64,000 bases of DNA from the NCBI GenBank assembly GCA_964578605.1, contig CAZODO010000014.1:6102-70101 (forward strand), given 5' to 3'. The translations under genes and the position numbers were made by a program. The DNA comes from an uncultured Verrucomicrobiota bacterium (GTDB lineage: Bacteria > Verrucomicrobiota > Verrucomicrobiia > Limisphaerales > SIBE01). Under the pieces are notes generated by a model. That model saw only the letters and a program-made list of their open reading frames with translations, searched no databases and was not told the origin of the DNA. This document shows, one piece after another, positions 9,614 to 19,550 of this stretch. Each line of letters starts with the position of its first letter. Position 1 is the stretch's first letter.

Positions 9614-10187
9614 CGAATGCTCGGCTTTGGCACGGTTTCGGCCTTTATCAATGTGGCGCCGAAGGCGTGCAACACGGTCACATTGCCCTCGCTTGACCCG
9701 TCGCGGGAGTCTGGGGACGTCCGCGGACGGACGGAGCTTCAGGGCTCACTTTACATGGACCACACGGTGTCGAATTCTGGGGAAGAAGCTCTGGCGGCAG
9801 GCTCTGTCTGGATCTCTCCCCCAGCCCGAAAGCTTACAACCACGATTACGCCAAACTGACGCCAGCCTGTAAAGGAACAAAGTTGCGTTTGCGTGGAAAA
9901 AGAAGGCGAGCGCGGCTGCGCAGAGATCCATTTGCTCTCCGGGCCTGAACCGTTAAGCAGCCATTGCTCGCCTTATGGATCCTGCAGAAACCGGCGGAGC
10001 AGCAAGCTGTACAGGTTTCCCGGGCAGCCATGACCGCCCGGAATCTTCGTCCGGAGGCGGTTTCCCGGGCGGAATTACGGGGTGGAAATCTCGGTTGATG
10101 GTATTAAGTGACTATAAACCAAGCCCTTACATCAACGATGACTATTATTCATCACGGACCGCCTACCGATTTGCTGGCGCTCCGGGA

Positions 10188-13100
10188 TTAACTGCATCCC
10201 AGCGATTCGCCGCAGTTCAGGCATTTGAAGCAGGCGCCATTGCGGACGGCGACATGGCCGCAGTTTGGGCAGGTGGGCGCGTCTTGCTGGAAATGGGCGA
10301 TGGCGTCGTTCAGGGTCTTGATTTCGCGGTGGCCATTGCCGCTGCCGCCATTGCGGCCGTTGGAGGACGCCAGGGGCAGGCGGCGCGCTTCGAGTTTCAC
10401 GCCATTTCCGGGGTTCTCTTCGGCAATCGGCAGTTCAGGCACCGGCCGATTCACGTTTTTTTTTACCTCGTCCTCCAGGCCGGGGATGGCGAGTTCGGGC
10501 TGCTTCGGTTCCGGGGAATTGGCTTCGCGGTAACCCTTGATGAACTGGACGGCCATCCAGCGGAACACGTAATCAATAATGGACGAGGCGTTGCGGATAT
10601 CGGGATTCTTGGTGAACCCGGACGGTTCAAAGCGTTGATGGGCGAACTTCTTCGTGAGTGCTTCGAGAGGCACGCCATATTGCAGCGCCAAACTGGTCAA
10701 AGTGCCGATGCTGTCCATCAAGCCACCAATGGTGGAACCTTCCTTCGCCATGGTAATGAAGAGTTCCCCGGGCTGGCCGTCGTCGAAAAGGCCGACCGTC
10801 AGGTAACCTTCATGGCCGGCGATGTCGAACTTGTGGGTCACGGCCTGCCGGGTTTCCGGCAAGCGCCGCCGCAGGGGTTGGCCGGCTTCGAGCCGCAGTT
10901 TGGCCACTTCCTCCTCGAGTTCGCGAATTCGGGCGCCTTCGGCGGAGGGTGCGGCGCCGTCTTCGGTGGTCTTCCTGGTATTGAGCGGCTGGGAGCGCTT
11001 CGAGCCATCGCGGTAAATCGCGACGCATTTGAGACCCATTTTCCACGCCTGGATATAGGCATCCTCAATATCGGCCACGGTGCATTCGTTGGGCAGGTTA
11101 ACGGTTTTGGAAATGGCGCCGCTAATGAACGGTTGCGCGGCGCCCATCATCTTGAGATGGGCAAGGTAATGAATGCTGCGCTTGCCGCGGAAGGCTTTGA
11201 ATGCGCAGTCAAAAACCTCAAGGTGCTCCGGTTTCAACCCGCTCTTGAGCCCCTCGCCCTTTTCTTCCACGTCTTCGATCGTGTCGAACTTCTCGATGTG
11301 GGCTACGATGCCTTTGATCTGGTCGGGGCTATAGCCGAGGCGTTCCAAAGCGTCCGGCACGGTGCGATTGACAATCTTGAGCATGCCGCCCCCCGCCAGG
11401 AGTTTGTATTTGACCAAGGCGATATCGGGCTCGACGCCGGTGGTATCGCAATCCATCAGGAAGGCAATCGTTCCGGTCGGGGCGAGCACGGTGACCTGGG
11501 CATTGCGATAGCCATGCTGGCGTCCTTGGGCGAGGGCGCGATCCCAGGAACGGCGCGCTTCTTCTTTCAGGTAATGAAACTCCTGGTTTGGCTGAATGGC
11601 TTCGACTGCCTGCCGATGAAGCTGGATGACGCCGAGCATCGATTCCACGTTATCGGGCGCCAGGGGTTTGCGGACATGGGCGCAACGGGCATCGTGATAA
11701 CCTTCGAACGGCCCGGTCACACGCGAGATCTCCGCCGATTGCTCGTAAGCCTGGCCCGTGAGGATGGCTGTGATTGCGCCGGCCAGCGCGCGCCCGGCGT
11801 CCGAGTCGTAGGGCAGGCCGTAGCTCATGATGAGCGACCCGAGATTGGCGTAGCCGAGCCCGAGGGTCCGGAAGATATGCGAGTTCTCCGCGATTTCCTT
11901 GGTGGGGTAGCTGGCATTGTCCACCAGGATTTCCTGGGCGGTAATGAAAATGCGGACGGCTGCCTTGAATCGGTCCACGTCAAAAATCCCGTCCGGCCGC
12001 TTGAACTTCATCAGGTTCAAGGACGCCAGGTTGCAGGCGGTGTTGTTGAGGAACACATATTCGGAGCAGGGATTGGTGGAATGGATCGGCTCGGTGCCTT
12101 TGCAGGTGTGCCACTTTTGAATGGCGCCATCGTACTGCACCCCGGGATCACCGCAGATCCAGGTGCCTTCGGCAATCTTGGTCAGCAGGGTCTTGGCGTC
12201 CTTTTTGTCGAGCGGTTCCCCGGTCGTGACGGAGCGTGTCCACCATTCGCGTCCGTCCAGGGCGGCCTGCATAAACTCGTCGCTAATGCGGACGGAGAGG
12301 TTTTCATTTTGGTACATGACGCTTCCGTAAGCGTCGCCATTATAGGAGCCGCTATAGCCCTGCTCGATGAGAGCCCACGCTTTGCGCTCCTCCTTTTGCT
12401 TGGCGTCGATAAACTCTTCGATATCGCCATGCCAATCCCGCAGCGTGTTCATCTTCGCCGCGCGCCGCGTTTTGCCCCCTGATTTGACCACATTGGCCAC
12501 CTGGTCATAGACCTTGAGGAACGACATCGGGCCGCTCGGGCGGCCGCCGCCGCTTAGCTTTTCCTTGCTGGAACGAATCGGGGTCAGGTCGGTGCCGGTT
12601 CCGGAACCGTACTTAAAGAGCATTGCCTCGCTGTGGGCCAGGTTCATGATGCTTTCCATGTTGTCGTCCACCGACTGGATGAAACACGCGCTGCCCTGGG
12701 GATGTTCGTACTGGGTGGCCGCTCGCTCCGCGGCGCCGCTCTCGCGGGTGTAATGCCAGCCGCCCCGGGCCGAATTATGCCCGACATGGTACTGGTGGTA
12801 GAGGCCGACATTGAACCAAACGGGGGAGTTGAAAGCCCCATACTGGTTCAGGCCTAGCCAGCTCAGTTCGTTGTAGAAAACCTCGCCGTCCTGCGCGCTG
12901 AAATAGCCGTCTCGAATGCCCCAATCCGCGATCGTCCGGCAAACCCGATGAATCAGTTGGCGGACGGAAGTCTCTCGCTCCGGCGTGTTCTGTTCGCCAT
13001 AGAAATACTTCGAAACCACCACCTTGGTGGCCAGCAGAGACCATGATTTTGGCACCTCCACCCCTTCCTGCTTGAAGATGACCTTGCCGTTGTCGTCGTT

Positions 13101-13295
13101 GATCTCCGCCGTTCGCTTTTCCCATTCCACTTCGTCGAACGGGCTGCGCTGGGCGCTGCTAAACACGCGTTGGATCGAAATTGCGTTGTGGGCGCCTCCC
13201 GCGCGTGAACGGCTTCCGCGGCGTCCTGATTTCAACGAGGGCCGGGCGGTTTGGGTCGGGTTGGCGATGCTGGTGGTGTCACGCGCGTCGATCAT
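10188..13295 (-). CDS. nrdJ: Class II (adenosylcobalamin-dependent) ribonucleotide reductase
   Basis: 1035 aa. Motifs PVWFNVG, CFIQSV, NPCSEYVF and ACNLASLN, plus a C-terminal CPNCG...CLNCG zinc-ribbon tail. Confidence 0.9.
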   Translation of the reverse strand: MIDARDTTSIANPTQTARPSLKSGRRGSRSRAGGAHNAISIQRVFSSAQRSPFDEVEWEKRTAEINDDNGKVIFKQEGVEVPKSWSLLATKVVVSKYFYGEQNTPERETSVRQLIHRVCRTIADWGIRDGYFSAQDGEVFYNELSWLGLNQYGAFNSPVWFNVGLYHQYHVGHNSARGGWHYTRESGAAERAATQYEHPQGSACFIQSVDDNMESIMNLAHSEAMLFKYGSGTGTDLTPIRSSKEKLSGGGRPSGPMSFLKVYDQVANVVKSGGKTRRAAKMNTLRDWHGDIEEFIDAKQKEERKAWALIEQGYSGSYNGDAYGSVMYQNENLSVRISDEFMQAALDGREWWTRSVTTGEPLDKKDAKTLLTKIAEGTWICGDPGVQYDGAIQKWHTCKGTEPIHSTNPCSEYVFLNNTACNLASLNLMKFKRPDGIFDVDRFKAAVRIFITAQEILVDNASYPTKEIAENSHIFRTLGLGYANLGSLIMSYGLPYDSDAGRALAGAITAILTGQAYEQSAEISRVTGPFEGYHDARCAHVRKPLAPDNVESMLGVIQLHRQAVEAIQPNQEFHYLKEEARRSWDRALAQGRQHGYRNAQVTVLAPTGTIAFLMDCDTTGVEPDIALVKYKLLAGGGMLKIVNRTVPDALERLGYSPDQIKGIVAHIEKFDTIEDVEEKGEGLKSGLKPEHLEVFDCAFKAFRGKRSIHYLAHLKMMGAAQPFISGAISKTVNLPNECTVADIEDAYIQAWKMGLKCVAIYRDGSKRSQPLNTRKTTEDGAAPSAEGARIRELEEEVAKLRLEAGQPLRRRLPETRQAVTHKFDIAGHEGYLTVGLFDDGQPGELFITMAKEGSTIGGLMDSIGTLTSLALQYGVPLEALTKKFAHQRFEPSGFTKNPDIRNASSIIDYVFRWMAVQFIKGYREANSPEPKQPELAIPGLEDEVKKNVNRPVPELPIAEENPGNGVKLEARRLPLASSNGRNGGSGNGHREIKTLNDAIAHFQQDAPTCPNCGHVAVRNGACFKCLNCGESLGCS

Positions 13296-13445
13296 AGGAT
13301 GGCAGGTTTTGGGGAAAAAGTTGGGCTTAAGGGCGTCAATTCTGGGCTTCTTTCCGGCGGCTAAAATGAACGATTTACGGTGAAAATTCGGATCTGCGGC
13401 GTTGTGTCTTAATCACCATTAGTTGAGTCACTTCAATGACAACAG

Positions 13446-13459
13446 CACTATATGTTGTG
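13446..13459. promoter_or_regulatory. Candidate NrdR box upstream of nrdJ
   Basis: CACTATATGTTGTG resembles the palindromic NrdR operator core (aCACwAtATaTwGTGt). It lies about 150 bp upstream of the nrdJ ATG in an AT-rich leader. I could recognise only one box. Confidence 0.45.
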
Positions 13460-13641
13460 CCCGCTGCAGTGCTTAACCATAGGACTCCAGGCGCAATGAG
13501 CAAGCACTTTTTTTGTAAAATGCTCCTTCTCAGGAAATGCCTGAGCCTCAACGACGGACAGAGCCGCTTTCCGGCATCATGGACCGGCAATCTGTCGGGG
13601 TGAACGATCGGGCTGAGGCAAAGGCAAGCGACGAACGGGAG

Positions 13642-15171
13642 CTACCGGCGCCGTTCGCGCGGCTTGGAGTGGTCCCTCTTTCTCGACTTGGATTCGATGG
13701 TCTTGGGACGCGCTTTGGGCACCAGCACCAGCGGACAGCCCTCAAAGCCGAACGCCGTCCGGAGCCGATGCGTCAGGTAAGTCGTGTACTGATCTGACAT
13801 CAGGTCTTCACGATTCACAAACAGGAGAAAGGTCGGAGGCGCGTTCTTCACCTGGGTGGCATAGAAGAACTTGAGCCGATGCCCGGACGCACTGGGTGGT
13901 TGCCGCTCTTCCACAGCATCGTGCAGGGCGCGATTCAGCAGCGCAGTCGGAATCTTTTGCTGCAATTGCGCAGCGATAAACCGGATGGCCTCGAGCAATC
14001 GCGGCAGGTGGAACCCGGACTTTGCCGAAGCGAAGATCACCGGCGCGTAATCGAGGAAGAAGAGCTGTTCCTGAACCCACGCAGCGAAATCCGACAGTGT
14101 CGTCATCCGCCGTTGAAACCTCTCGTGCGGCCGCATTTTGTTGGCGTGCCGCTCAATTTCCTGTTCGCGCGCGGCGAGCACGCTTTCGGCCACCAGATCC
14201 CACTTGTTGACCACAATGACGCACGCTTTGCGCTCTTCGACGATCTTCCCGGCCACCTTCTTGTCTTGCGCGGTTACGCCCGCTTCGGCATCGAGCACCA
14301 GGACGGCAATATCACATCGCGCAATCGAATCCTCCGTGCGCTTGACGCTAAAGAACTCGATGCTGTTATCGATCCTTCGCTCCTGCCGCACGCCCGCCGT
14401 GTCGACCAGGACGTAATGCTCGCGGACTCCATCCGTTTCCACGTCGAAAGGCACGTCAATGGCATCGCGTGTCGTTCCGGGAATCGGCGTCACAATGACC
14501 CGGTCCGATTGGGTCAAGGAATTGATCAGGGACGATTTCCCGACGTTTGGGCGACCGATAAACGCCAGCTTGAGCGGTTCCTTCGCTAGGGCGGGGCCGG
14601 GCGGGGCGGCTTCGGCCTCCGTTTCACCCGGTTCAAGCGGCGCAGGTTCCAGTGCGCCTCCGCCCACCGGCAGCCAAGCCAGGGCGGCGTCCATCAGAGC
14701 CTCGATTCCAAGCCCGTGAATCGCGCTGACCGGCAGGATTTTGTCGAATCCCAGGGCGGCAAACTCGGCTGCGCCAGGCTCCATGTCCTCAGTGTCGGCT
14801 TTGTTCGCGGCCACAAGCACGCGCTTGGCCGATCGGCGCAGACGCTCCGCCACTTCCTGGTCAAGAGGGGAGATGCCTTCGCGGATATCCACCACGAAAA
14901 GAATGACGTCCGCGGCGTCGATCGCCAGTTCAACCTGTTGAATGGCGGCCTGCAGAATGGTGTCGGCCGACTTTTGACCTCGGAGCAGACCGATCCCTCC
15001 CGTGTCCACCAGGGTGAAGGGGTGCCCGCGCCACTCCGCCTCAAAACTCAGACGGTCCCGGGTGACGCCGGGTTGATCGTGGACAATGGCCACGCGCTTG
15101 CCAACGATCCGGTTGAACAGGGCGGATTTCCCAACATTGGGCCGGCCCACAATCGCAATTATCCCGGGCAT
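13642..15171 (-). CDS. der: Ribosome-associated GTPase Der/EngA
   Basis: Two G domains (GRPNVGKSALFNR and GRPNVGKSSLINS) plus a KH-like C-terminus. I chose ATG 15171 (MPGIIAIVG...). The longer ORF to 15270 overlaps the upstream antitoxin-like gene. Confidence 0.9.
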   Translation of the reverse strand: MPGIIAIVGRPNVGKSALFNRIVGKRVAIVHDQPGVTRDRLSFEAEWRGHPFTLVDTGGIGLLRGQKSADTILQAAIQQVELAIDAADVILFVVDIREGISPLDQEVAERLRRSAKRVLVAANKADTEDMEPGAAEFAALGFDKILPVSAIHGLGIEALMDAALAWLPVGGGALEPAPLEPGETEAEAAPPGPALAKEPLKLAFIGRPNVGKSSLINSLTQSDRVIVTPIPGTTRDAIDVPFDVETDGVREHYVLVDTAGVRQERRIDNSIEFFSVKRTEDSIARCDIAVLVLDAEAGVTAQDKKVAGKIVEERKACVIVVNKWDLVAESVLAAREQEIERHANKMRPHERFQRRMTTLSDFAAWVQEQLFFLDYAPVIFASAKSGFHLPRLLEAIRFIAAQLQQKIPTALLNRALHDAVEERQPPSASGHRLKFFYATQVKNAPPTFLLFVNREDLMSDQYTTYLTHRLRTAFGFEGCPLVLVPKARPKTIESKSRKRDHSKPRERRR

Positions 15172-15235
15172 GGCGGTAACAGGGTGGAGTTCCGGCCTGG
15201 CCGAAAATGAACGAAGCTGGAGGTGTCGATCAGGA

Positions 15236-15466
15236 TCATGCTTCGTCGGCGGATTTGGCCGGCATCTCACGTCCGCGCAGCTTCATCAATTCGTCAAATT
15301 CCATAAAGGTGCTAGAACCTCCCAGGCGGCTGGCGAGGTTGCGCAGCTTGGCGCGGCGGTTTAAATCCTCCAGTGCCCGAATGACTGCTTCCCGCTTCGT
15401 CCTCGCGCCGGAGACGCGCATGGCTCCGGCGAGCAAGGGTTCAGGAATATCGAGCGTCATTTTCAT
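15236..15466 (-). CDS. VapB-type (DUF2191-like, ribbon-helix-helix) antitoxin-like protein with no adjacent toxin
   Basis: 76 aa. MKMTLDIPEPLLAGAMRVSGARTKREAVIRALEDL matches the typical 'TLDIdddLl.eAm...g..tKreaV..AL' N-terminus of this antitoxin family. Confidence 0.6.
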   Translation of the reverse strand: MKMTLDIPEPLLAGAMRVSGARTKREAVIRALEDLNRRAKLRNLASRLGGSSTFMEFDELMKLRGREMPAKSADEA

Positions 15467-15563
15467 CCATCCATTCTCGAAGAATTAGACATCAACCGCA
15501 ATCAAACTCGCTGCATATTCGACGGCCAACGTATGCAAGCGAAAACCGACCTCCTTTCGATGT

Positions 15564-15651
15564 AAACACAATCGATACACAATCGATACACAATAACGAT
15601 TGTGTTTCCATAGTGTTAGCAATGCGTATCTGATGCGTTTAAATCGAATGG
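15564..15651. repeat. Phased 11-bp tandem array A (about 7-8 units, forward then inverted)
   Basis: In strict 11-bp register: aaacacaatcg / atacacaatcg / atacacaataa / cgattgtgttt / ccatagtgtta / gcaatgcgtat / ctgatgcgttt. Dyad at acacaat-aacg-attgtgt. Confidence 0.8.
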
Positions 15652-15836
15652 AGCGCCTGACCGCTGCGGAACAACCACGCCTAAACATTTGCGGGTTGAT
15701 TGATTCGGAACTCGGAGTTCTTTCGGCGCCTTAGGTCTTCGGTCTTCGGGCTTTCCCGCGCCTCTCTTCCCTCACGGGATCGCCGGCTGTTCACCGTGGT
15801 TGGAACCAACGGTGAGAGAAGACCTTTATGCAGAGG

Positions 15837-18419
15837 CTATTCCGTCCGCTGGTATCGGAACACAACGGAGCCCGGACGATCGGTTAAGGCGACCGGTATC
15901 CCTTTGCTTAGGAGATCGTTGCCGGAATGCACGCTTTGGTGCCCCGTGTCCTGGTGGGTGACTGTGTACCGGGCGTTCTTGTCCAAAGCTTGCAATGGGA
16001 TTCGGGCCGATTCGTACGGGCTATCCGGACGGCGCAGAACCACAATCATGCCGTCGCCCGATTCAGGACGGTTAAATTGCCAGGCCATCCAAACGTCGCG
16101 CGCCTGGGAATAGCCGGTGAGGGGATAATAATCGCCATAGTAGAACGGCCGGATGTCCAGGTATTTGTCCAGAATCTGCTTGGCCCAGGCGAATGGGAAA
16201 TCAGGCCGGATCCGTTCCGCGGAAAGATCCCCTGATACCCACCAGTTCAGACAAAGGCCGCTGCACATGCTGCTTCGGAACTCGTAATCGTCCAGCGCAC
16301 GGTCCTGGCTGGTGGCACTTAACGGGACCCAGGCAAGCAGGCCATAGGAATGGCATTGGTGGGCGATGGCGTCGCGCGGGCCGTCCGTCCGCCAGAAAGG
16401 CGTGGCGCGCCCGGTGGTTTCGAGATCGATCCGCCGTCCGCCGCTGGCGCAGTTATCAAGGATGAGATCCGGATGGCGTTCGAGCAAGCCGTCCCAGAAG
16501 GCGTAAAGGCCCTCAATATACCTGATCTCGGCAACGCCCTGGCGGTCGGGGGAATCGGCTGCGCGCCAGAACGGGAGCGGATCGATATTGAAATCCTGGC
16601 GGTAACAGCCCAGGCCGAATTCGCGCACTTTGTCCGAGATGAAATCGGTGAGGAACTGCCGTGCGGCCTGGTTGCCCAGGTTGAACAGCAGGCTGCTGCC
16701 GCCGGTGTCCATCATCCATTCGGGGTGTTCTTTGTGCCAGGCGGAATCCCGGTAAACCCGTTCGGGCTCGAACCAGAGCATCAGCTCGCGCCCGGTCTTG
16801 CGCAGCGCATCGCTCAGGGGTTTGAAGCCCTGGGGGTAAAGGTCCTTTTTGACATTCCAATTGCCGACGCTGACCGGCCAGCCCGCGAACCCGAACCATT
16901 CGGCATCGATCCAGTAGTATTCCACCGGCAATTCGTGCTGGATGATCTTCTGGATGTTGTCCAGGTGCACTTCCGCCCGGGTCCCGCCCCAATTGCCGCA
17001 GGTGATTGGCGCAACGAGCGGTTCGCCCCCGCGCTTCGGACGGTGATGAGCCAGGATGAAGCGGCGCAGGAGGTTCTGGCCTTGCCAGCGGTCGCCTTCG
17101 TAGAAGAGAAGGAGCATGCGCGGCGTCCGAATGCTTTCGCCGGGATGCAGGACCAGGTGGGTGCGATCCAAGCCGGCCTTAAGGGCCACTTGGCCGGCGG
17201 CGTCGCAAGCGAACTCCGCTGCCCATTCGCCGCTCCATCCAATCGCGGCGATCAGGCCGGTGCCGGCGCCTTCGACATTGAAAAAGGGCAGCACCTGGCT
17301 TGAAGACCGACCGCCCCTGGGTTGGAGTCGGAGCTTCGACCCGGACTTGAGGGGGGTGGTTTGCGGCGCGAAATCGTCGAATGACGCCACGCCGCCTTTG
17401 GCCCAATGCAGGGTGGCATTCCCGGACGTGGCGAGCGGCAGCACGGTGTCGATGGCCTGGATCTGCTCCAAAATCGGCGTGTTGGTTGCGCTGGTGTTGC
17501 GAAGATGCACGACCCATTCGACCGCGGGGAAGTCCTTGAAACGAATGGCTTCGGTCCGGATCTCCAGGCCGGTGGCGGGGTCCTGGGTGACCAGCTCGCG
17601 GCGGACGCGCTGGGCATCGATTTGCTGTTCGCGGAGCGTCCGTGTCCAGGGTCGCACTAGGTCGGGACTGTCTTTTCCGCCATATCGGAAGGACCACACT
17701 TCCGGGTTGGAATCCTTGCCGCCCGCGAGCGGAAGGTCCTGGAGGCGCACCTGGGTGCCGTCTTCGAGAGCCACGATCGCCTCGGCCCAGAGCGCTTGGT
17801 CCCAGCCACGTCCATCGCCGCCGTCCCGCACGCGGATCTCGAACTCGCGCGCCCCGTTGAGCGGCAAATCGATGGTTCTGGCGCCATCCTTGCGCCGAAG
17901 GACGGGTGACGCGAATACCTCTTCGCCCGCAACGAGCACGTGGAAGGTCACCGAGCCTTGCCCGAGTTGTTCGCCGCGTTGGGTGTCGTCGTTGTTCTCC
18001 AAGCCGATGTCGGCGGTGAAACGGGCCGCGGGTTTGGGAAGTTGAACCTTCAGATGTTTCGTGGAGTTGAAGGCGATCCCGTGACGATAGGTTTTGTCAC
18101 CCAACTGGAACGGCGTGCTCCGCCACGAACGTCCCCGTGAGAGGCCGTCCGAAACGTCGGTGTAGATGACTTCAAGGGCCGGGCTGCGTCCGGCCGGCGG
18201 TTGCGGACTGAACACATTCTCCCACCAGGCAAGGGAAGCGCTGAATTCAGCCGGTTGAGGCGCGACAGCCCGCGCTTCTGGCATCGACGTCACGACGAGA
18301 AACAAAGCGGACAACATCCAGCCAAAGGCCCGGGCCCAGGAAACACACCCACCATTCGAAAGGCTCGTGACTAGACCTCTGACCTCCGATCTCCGGCCTC
18401 TGGCCTCTTGGATTTGCAT
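15837..18419 (-). CDS. Secreted GH36-like alpha-galactosidase with an N-terminal NPCBM-like carbohydrate-binding domain
   Basis: NPCBM-like block (GDKTYRHGIAFNS...GSVTFHVLVAGEEVF...GWDQALWAEA). Catalytic region CYRQDFNIDP and LILDNCASGGRRIDLE. Start set to ATG 18419, because the track start 18452 is TTG. Confidence 0.65.
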   Translation of the reverse strand: MQIQEARGRRSEVRGLVTSLSNGGCVSWARAFGWMLSALFLVVTSMPEARAVAPQPAEFSASLAWWENVFSPQPPAGRSPALEVIYTDVSDGLSRGRSWRSTPFQLGDKTYRHGIAFNSTKHLKVQLPKPAARFTADIGLENNDDTQRGEQLGQGSVTFHVLVAGEEVFASPVLRRKDGARTIDLPLNGAREFEIRVRDGGDGRGWDQALWAEAIVALEDGTQVRLQDLPLAGGKDSNPEVWSFRYGGKDSPDLVRPWTRTLREQQIDAQRVRRELVTQDPATGLEIRTEAIRFKDFPAVEWVVHLRNTSATNTPILEQIQAIDTVLPLATSGNATLHWAKGGVASFDDFAPQTTPLKSGSKLRLQPRGGRSSSQVLPFFNVEGAGTGLIAAIGWSGEWAAEFACDAAGQVALKAGLDRTHLVLHPGESIRTPRMLLLFYEGDRWQGQNLLRRFILAHHRPKRGGEPLVAPITCGNWGGTRAEVHLDNIQKIIQHELPVEYYWIDAEWFGFAGWPVSVGNWNVKKDLYPQGFKPLSDALRKTGRELMLWFEPERVYRDSAWHKEHPEWMMDTGGSSLLFNLGNQAARQFLTDFISDKVREFGLGCYRQDFNIDPLPFWRAADSPDRQGVAEIRYIEGLYAFWDGLLERHPDLILDNCASGGRRIDLETTGRATPFWRTDGPRDAIAHQCHSYGLLAWVPLSATSQDRALDDYEFRSSMCSGLCLNWWVSGDLSAERIRPDFPFAWAKQILDKYLDIRPFYYGDYYPLTGYSQARDVWMAWQFNRPESGDGMIVVLRRPDSPYESARIPLQALDKNARYTVTHQDTGHQSVHSGNDLLSKGIPVALTDRPGSVVFRYQRTE

Positions 18420-18491
18420 GGTGCCGCCAGGATAGGCCGCTTCCACCGGCAAGCAAGGGCGTAACAGATGGATCGGCGGGCTCAGCCGGCG

Positions 18492-19370
18492 CTAAGGCTT
18501 CCACAACCGATAGAACCGCGCCACGCCGGAGACATTATTCGTCTGCCGGACGGTGTCGCCGCTCAACGCGATCGGGGCCTCAACTACGGTCCAGGAGGAT
18601 TCAGAGCCGGGGAGTGTCGCGCTGGATTGAACGATGACGCTGCGCCAGTTCGCCGGCCAAGCCAGGACAAATCGCCTGGCTGCCAAACGTTCCAGTTCGA
18701 GGGCGGGCGGCGTTGGGTCCTCAGGCTCACCCGCGAGCGCAGAGCAGATCACAGCGGCCATGGCCGACATGCCTTTGGAGTTGGGGTGCACCGTGTCGGG
18801 GAACCATTCCGGATGGCCATCGAGACGGGTATGCAAATCCACAAGATCGAGGTTCAACCGATCCGCAAGGTCGCGCACGGCTGGGGCAATATTGGTGGCC
18901 ACGATCCCAGGGTTGATGCTGTAAGCGCCGCTGCGATACACGGGACACGGGGTGCACGCCATGATGCGGGGCGCATTGGTCAGGATGGCGTAGCTGCGCA
19001 CCATCTCCTCGTAATCGCTGACGAAGTTGGTCCCGGACCGCCAGTTTTGCGGTTTGGAATCGTTCGTGCCCAATTGGATAATGACCACGTCGGGCGCCCA
19101 TTCGTGGCTCTGGGTGAACGCCGGCTCTTTCCAGTAGGGATAATCCCCTTTCTCCAAGAGCGTCCGGCCGCTAATCCCGAAATTGCGCACGCTGTAATTC
19201 GTGCCTAAGAGCCGCTGGAGCTTCGCCGGGTAACTCTCGACCGACGGATTGGACAATCCCGAGCCGAACGTGATGCTGTCTCCGATGCAGGCGATCCTCA
19301 GTTGGGCTCCATGAAGGGCGATCTGCGAGATCAGGAACACGAGAGCAGCCGACAGGGCAGGGTAGACCAT
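18492..19370 (-). CDS. Secreted SGNH/GDSL hydrolase (carbohydrate esterase-like)
   Basis: SGNH blocks IACIGDSITFGSG, IIQLGTNDSK and DTVHPNSKG. N-terminal signal-like segment. Lies 40 bp upstream of the GH36 gene. Confidence 0.75.
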   Translation of the reverse strand: MVYPALSAALVFLISQIALHGAQLRIACIGDSITFGSGLSNPSVESYPAKLQRLLGTNYSVRNFGISGRTLLEKGDYPYWKEPAFTQSHEWAPDVVIIQLGTNDSKPQNWRSGTNFVSDYEEMVRSYAILTNAPRIMACTPCPVYRSGAYSINPGIVATNIAPAVRDLADRLNLDLVDLHTRLDGHPEWFPDTVHPNSKGMSAMAAVICSALAGEPEDPTPPALELERLAARRFVLAWPANWRSVIVQSSATLPGSESSWTVVEAPIALSGDTVRQTNNVSGVARFYRLWKP

Positions 19371-19550
19371 AGGAAGGAGAGTATTCCCGGCCAGTTTGCT
19401 GCGTCAAGGCCACCCAAAACGGTCGCGCCCCGCCCAAAAATGGGGAGAATTGCGGCAAAAGGGTTTGCATGGGGTGCTGAGCGTGATACGCTCACCAGCG
19501 ATTGATGCACACACCGAGAACGCCAGCGGGCCGAGCCGAACTGGAGTTGC

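Noticed and set aside
9627-9643. Sigma-54-like element TTGGCACGGTTTCGGCC (GG-N10-GC spacing)
   Set aside because: It points rightwards on the plus strand, away from cas10 and into non-coding DNA and the 3' end of nrdJ. The -12 element is CGGC rather than TTGC.
10091-10165. AT-rich patch with tat-starting 11-mers at 10102, 10113 and 10146 (a possible sixth phased array)
   Set aside because: Only three weakly similar units, with non-matching units between them. It lies about 480 bp from the nearest start codon. This is not distinguishable from chance by eye.
9975-12482. 835-aa ORF on the plus strand
   Set aside because: It is entirely antisense to nrdJ, which has unmistakable class II RNR motifs. 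The translation is low-complexity (G/A/R/L-rich) with no recognisable domain. This is a typical shadow ORF of a GC-rich genome.
13642-15270. Long (542-aa) version of der
   Set aside because: The first 33 codons overlap the vapB-like gene and lack Der homology. The canonical MPGIIAIVGRPNVGKS N-terminus starts at ATG 15171.
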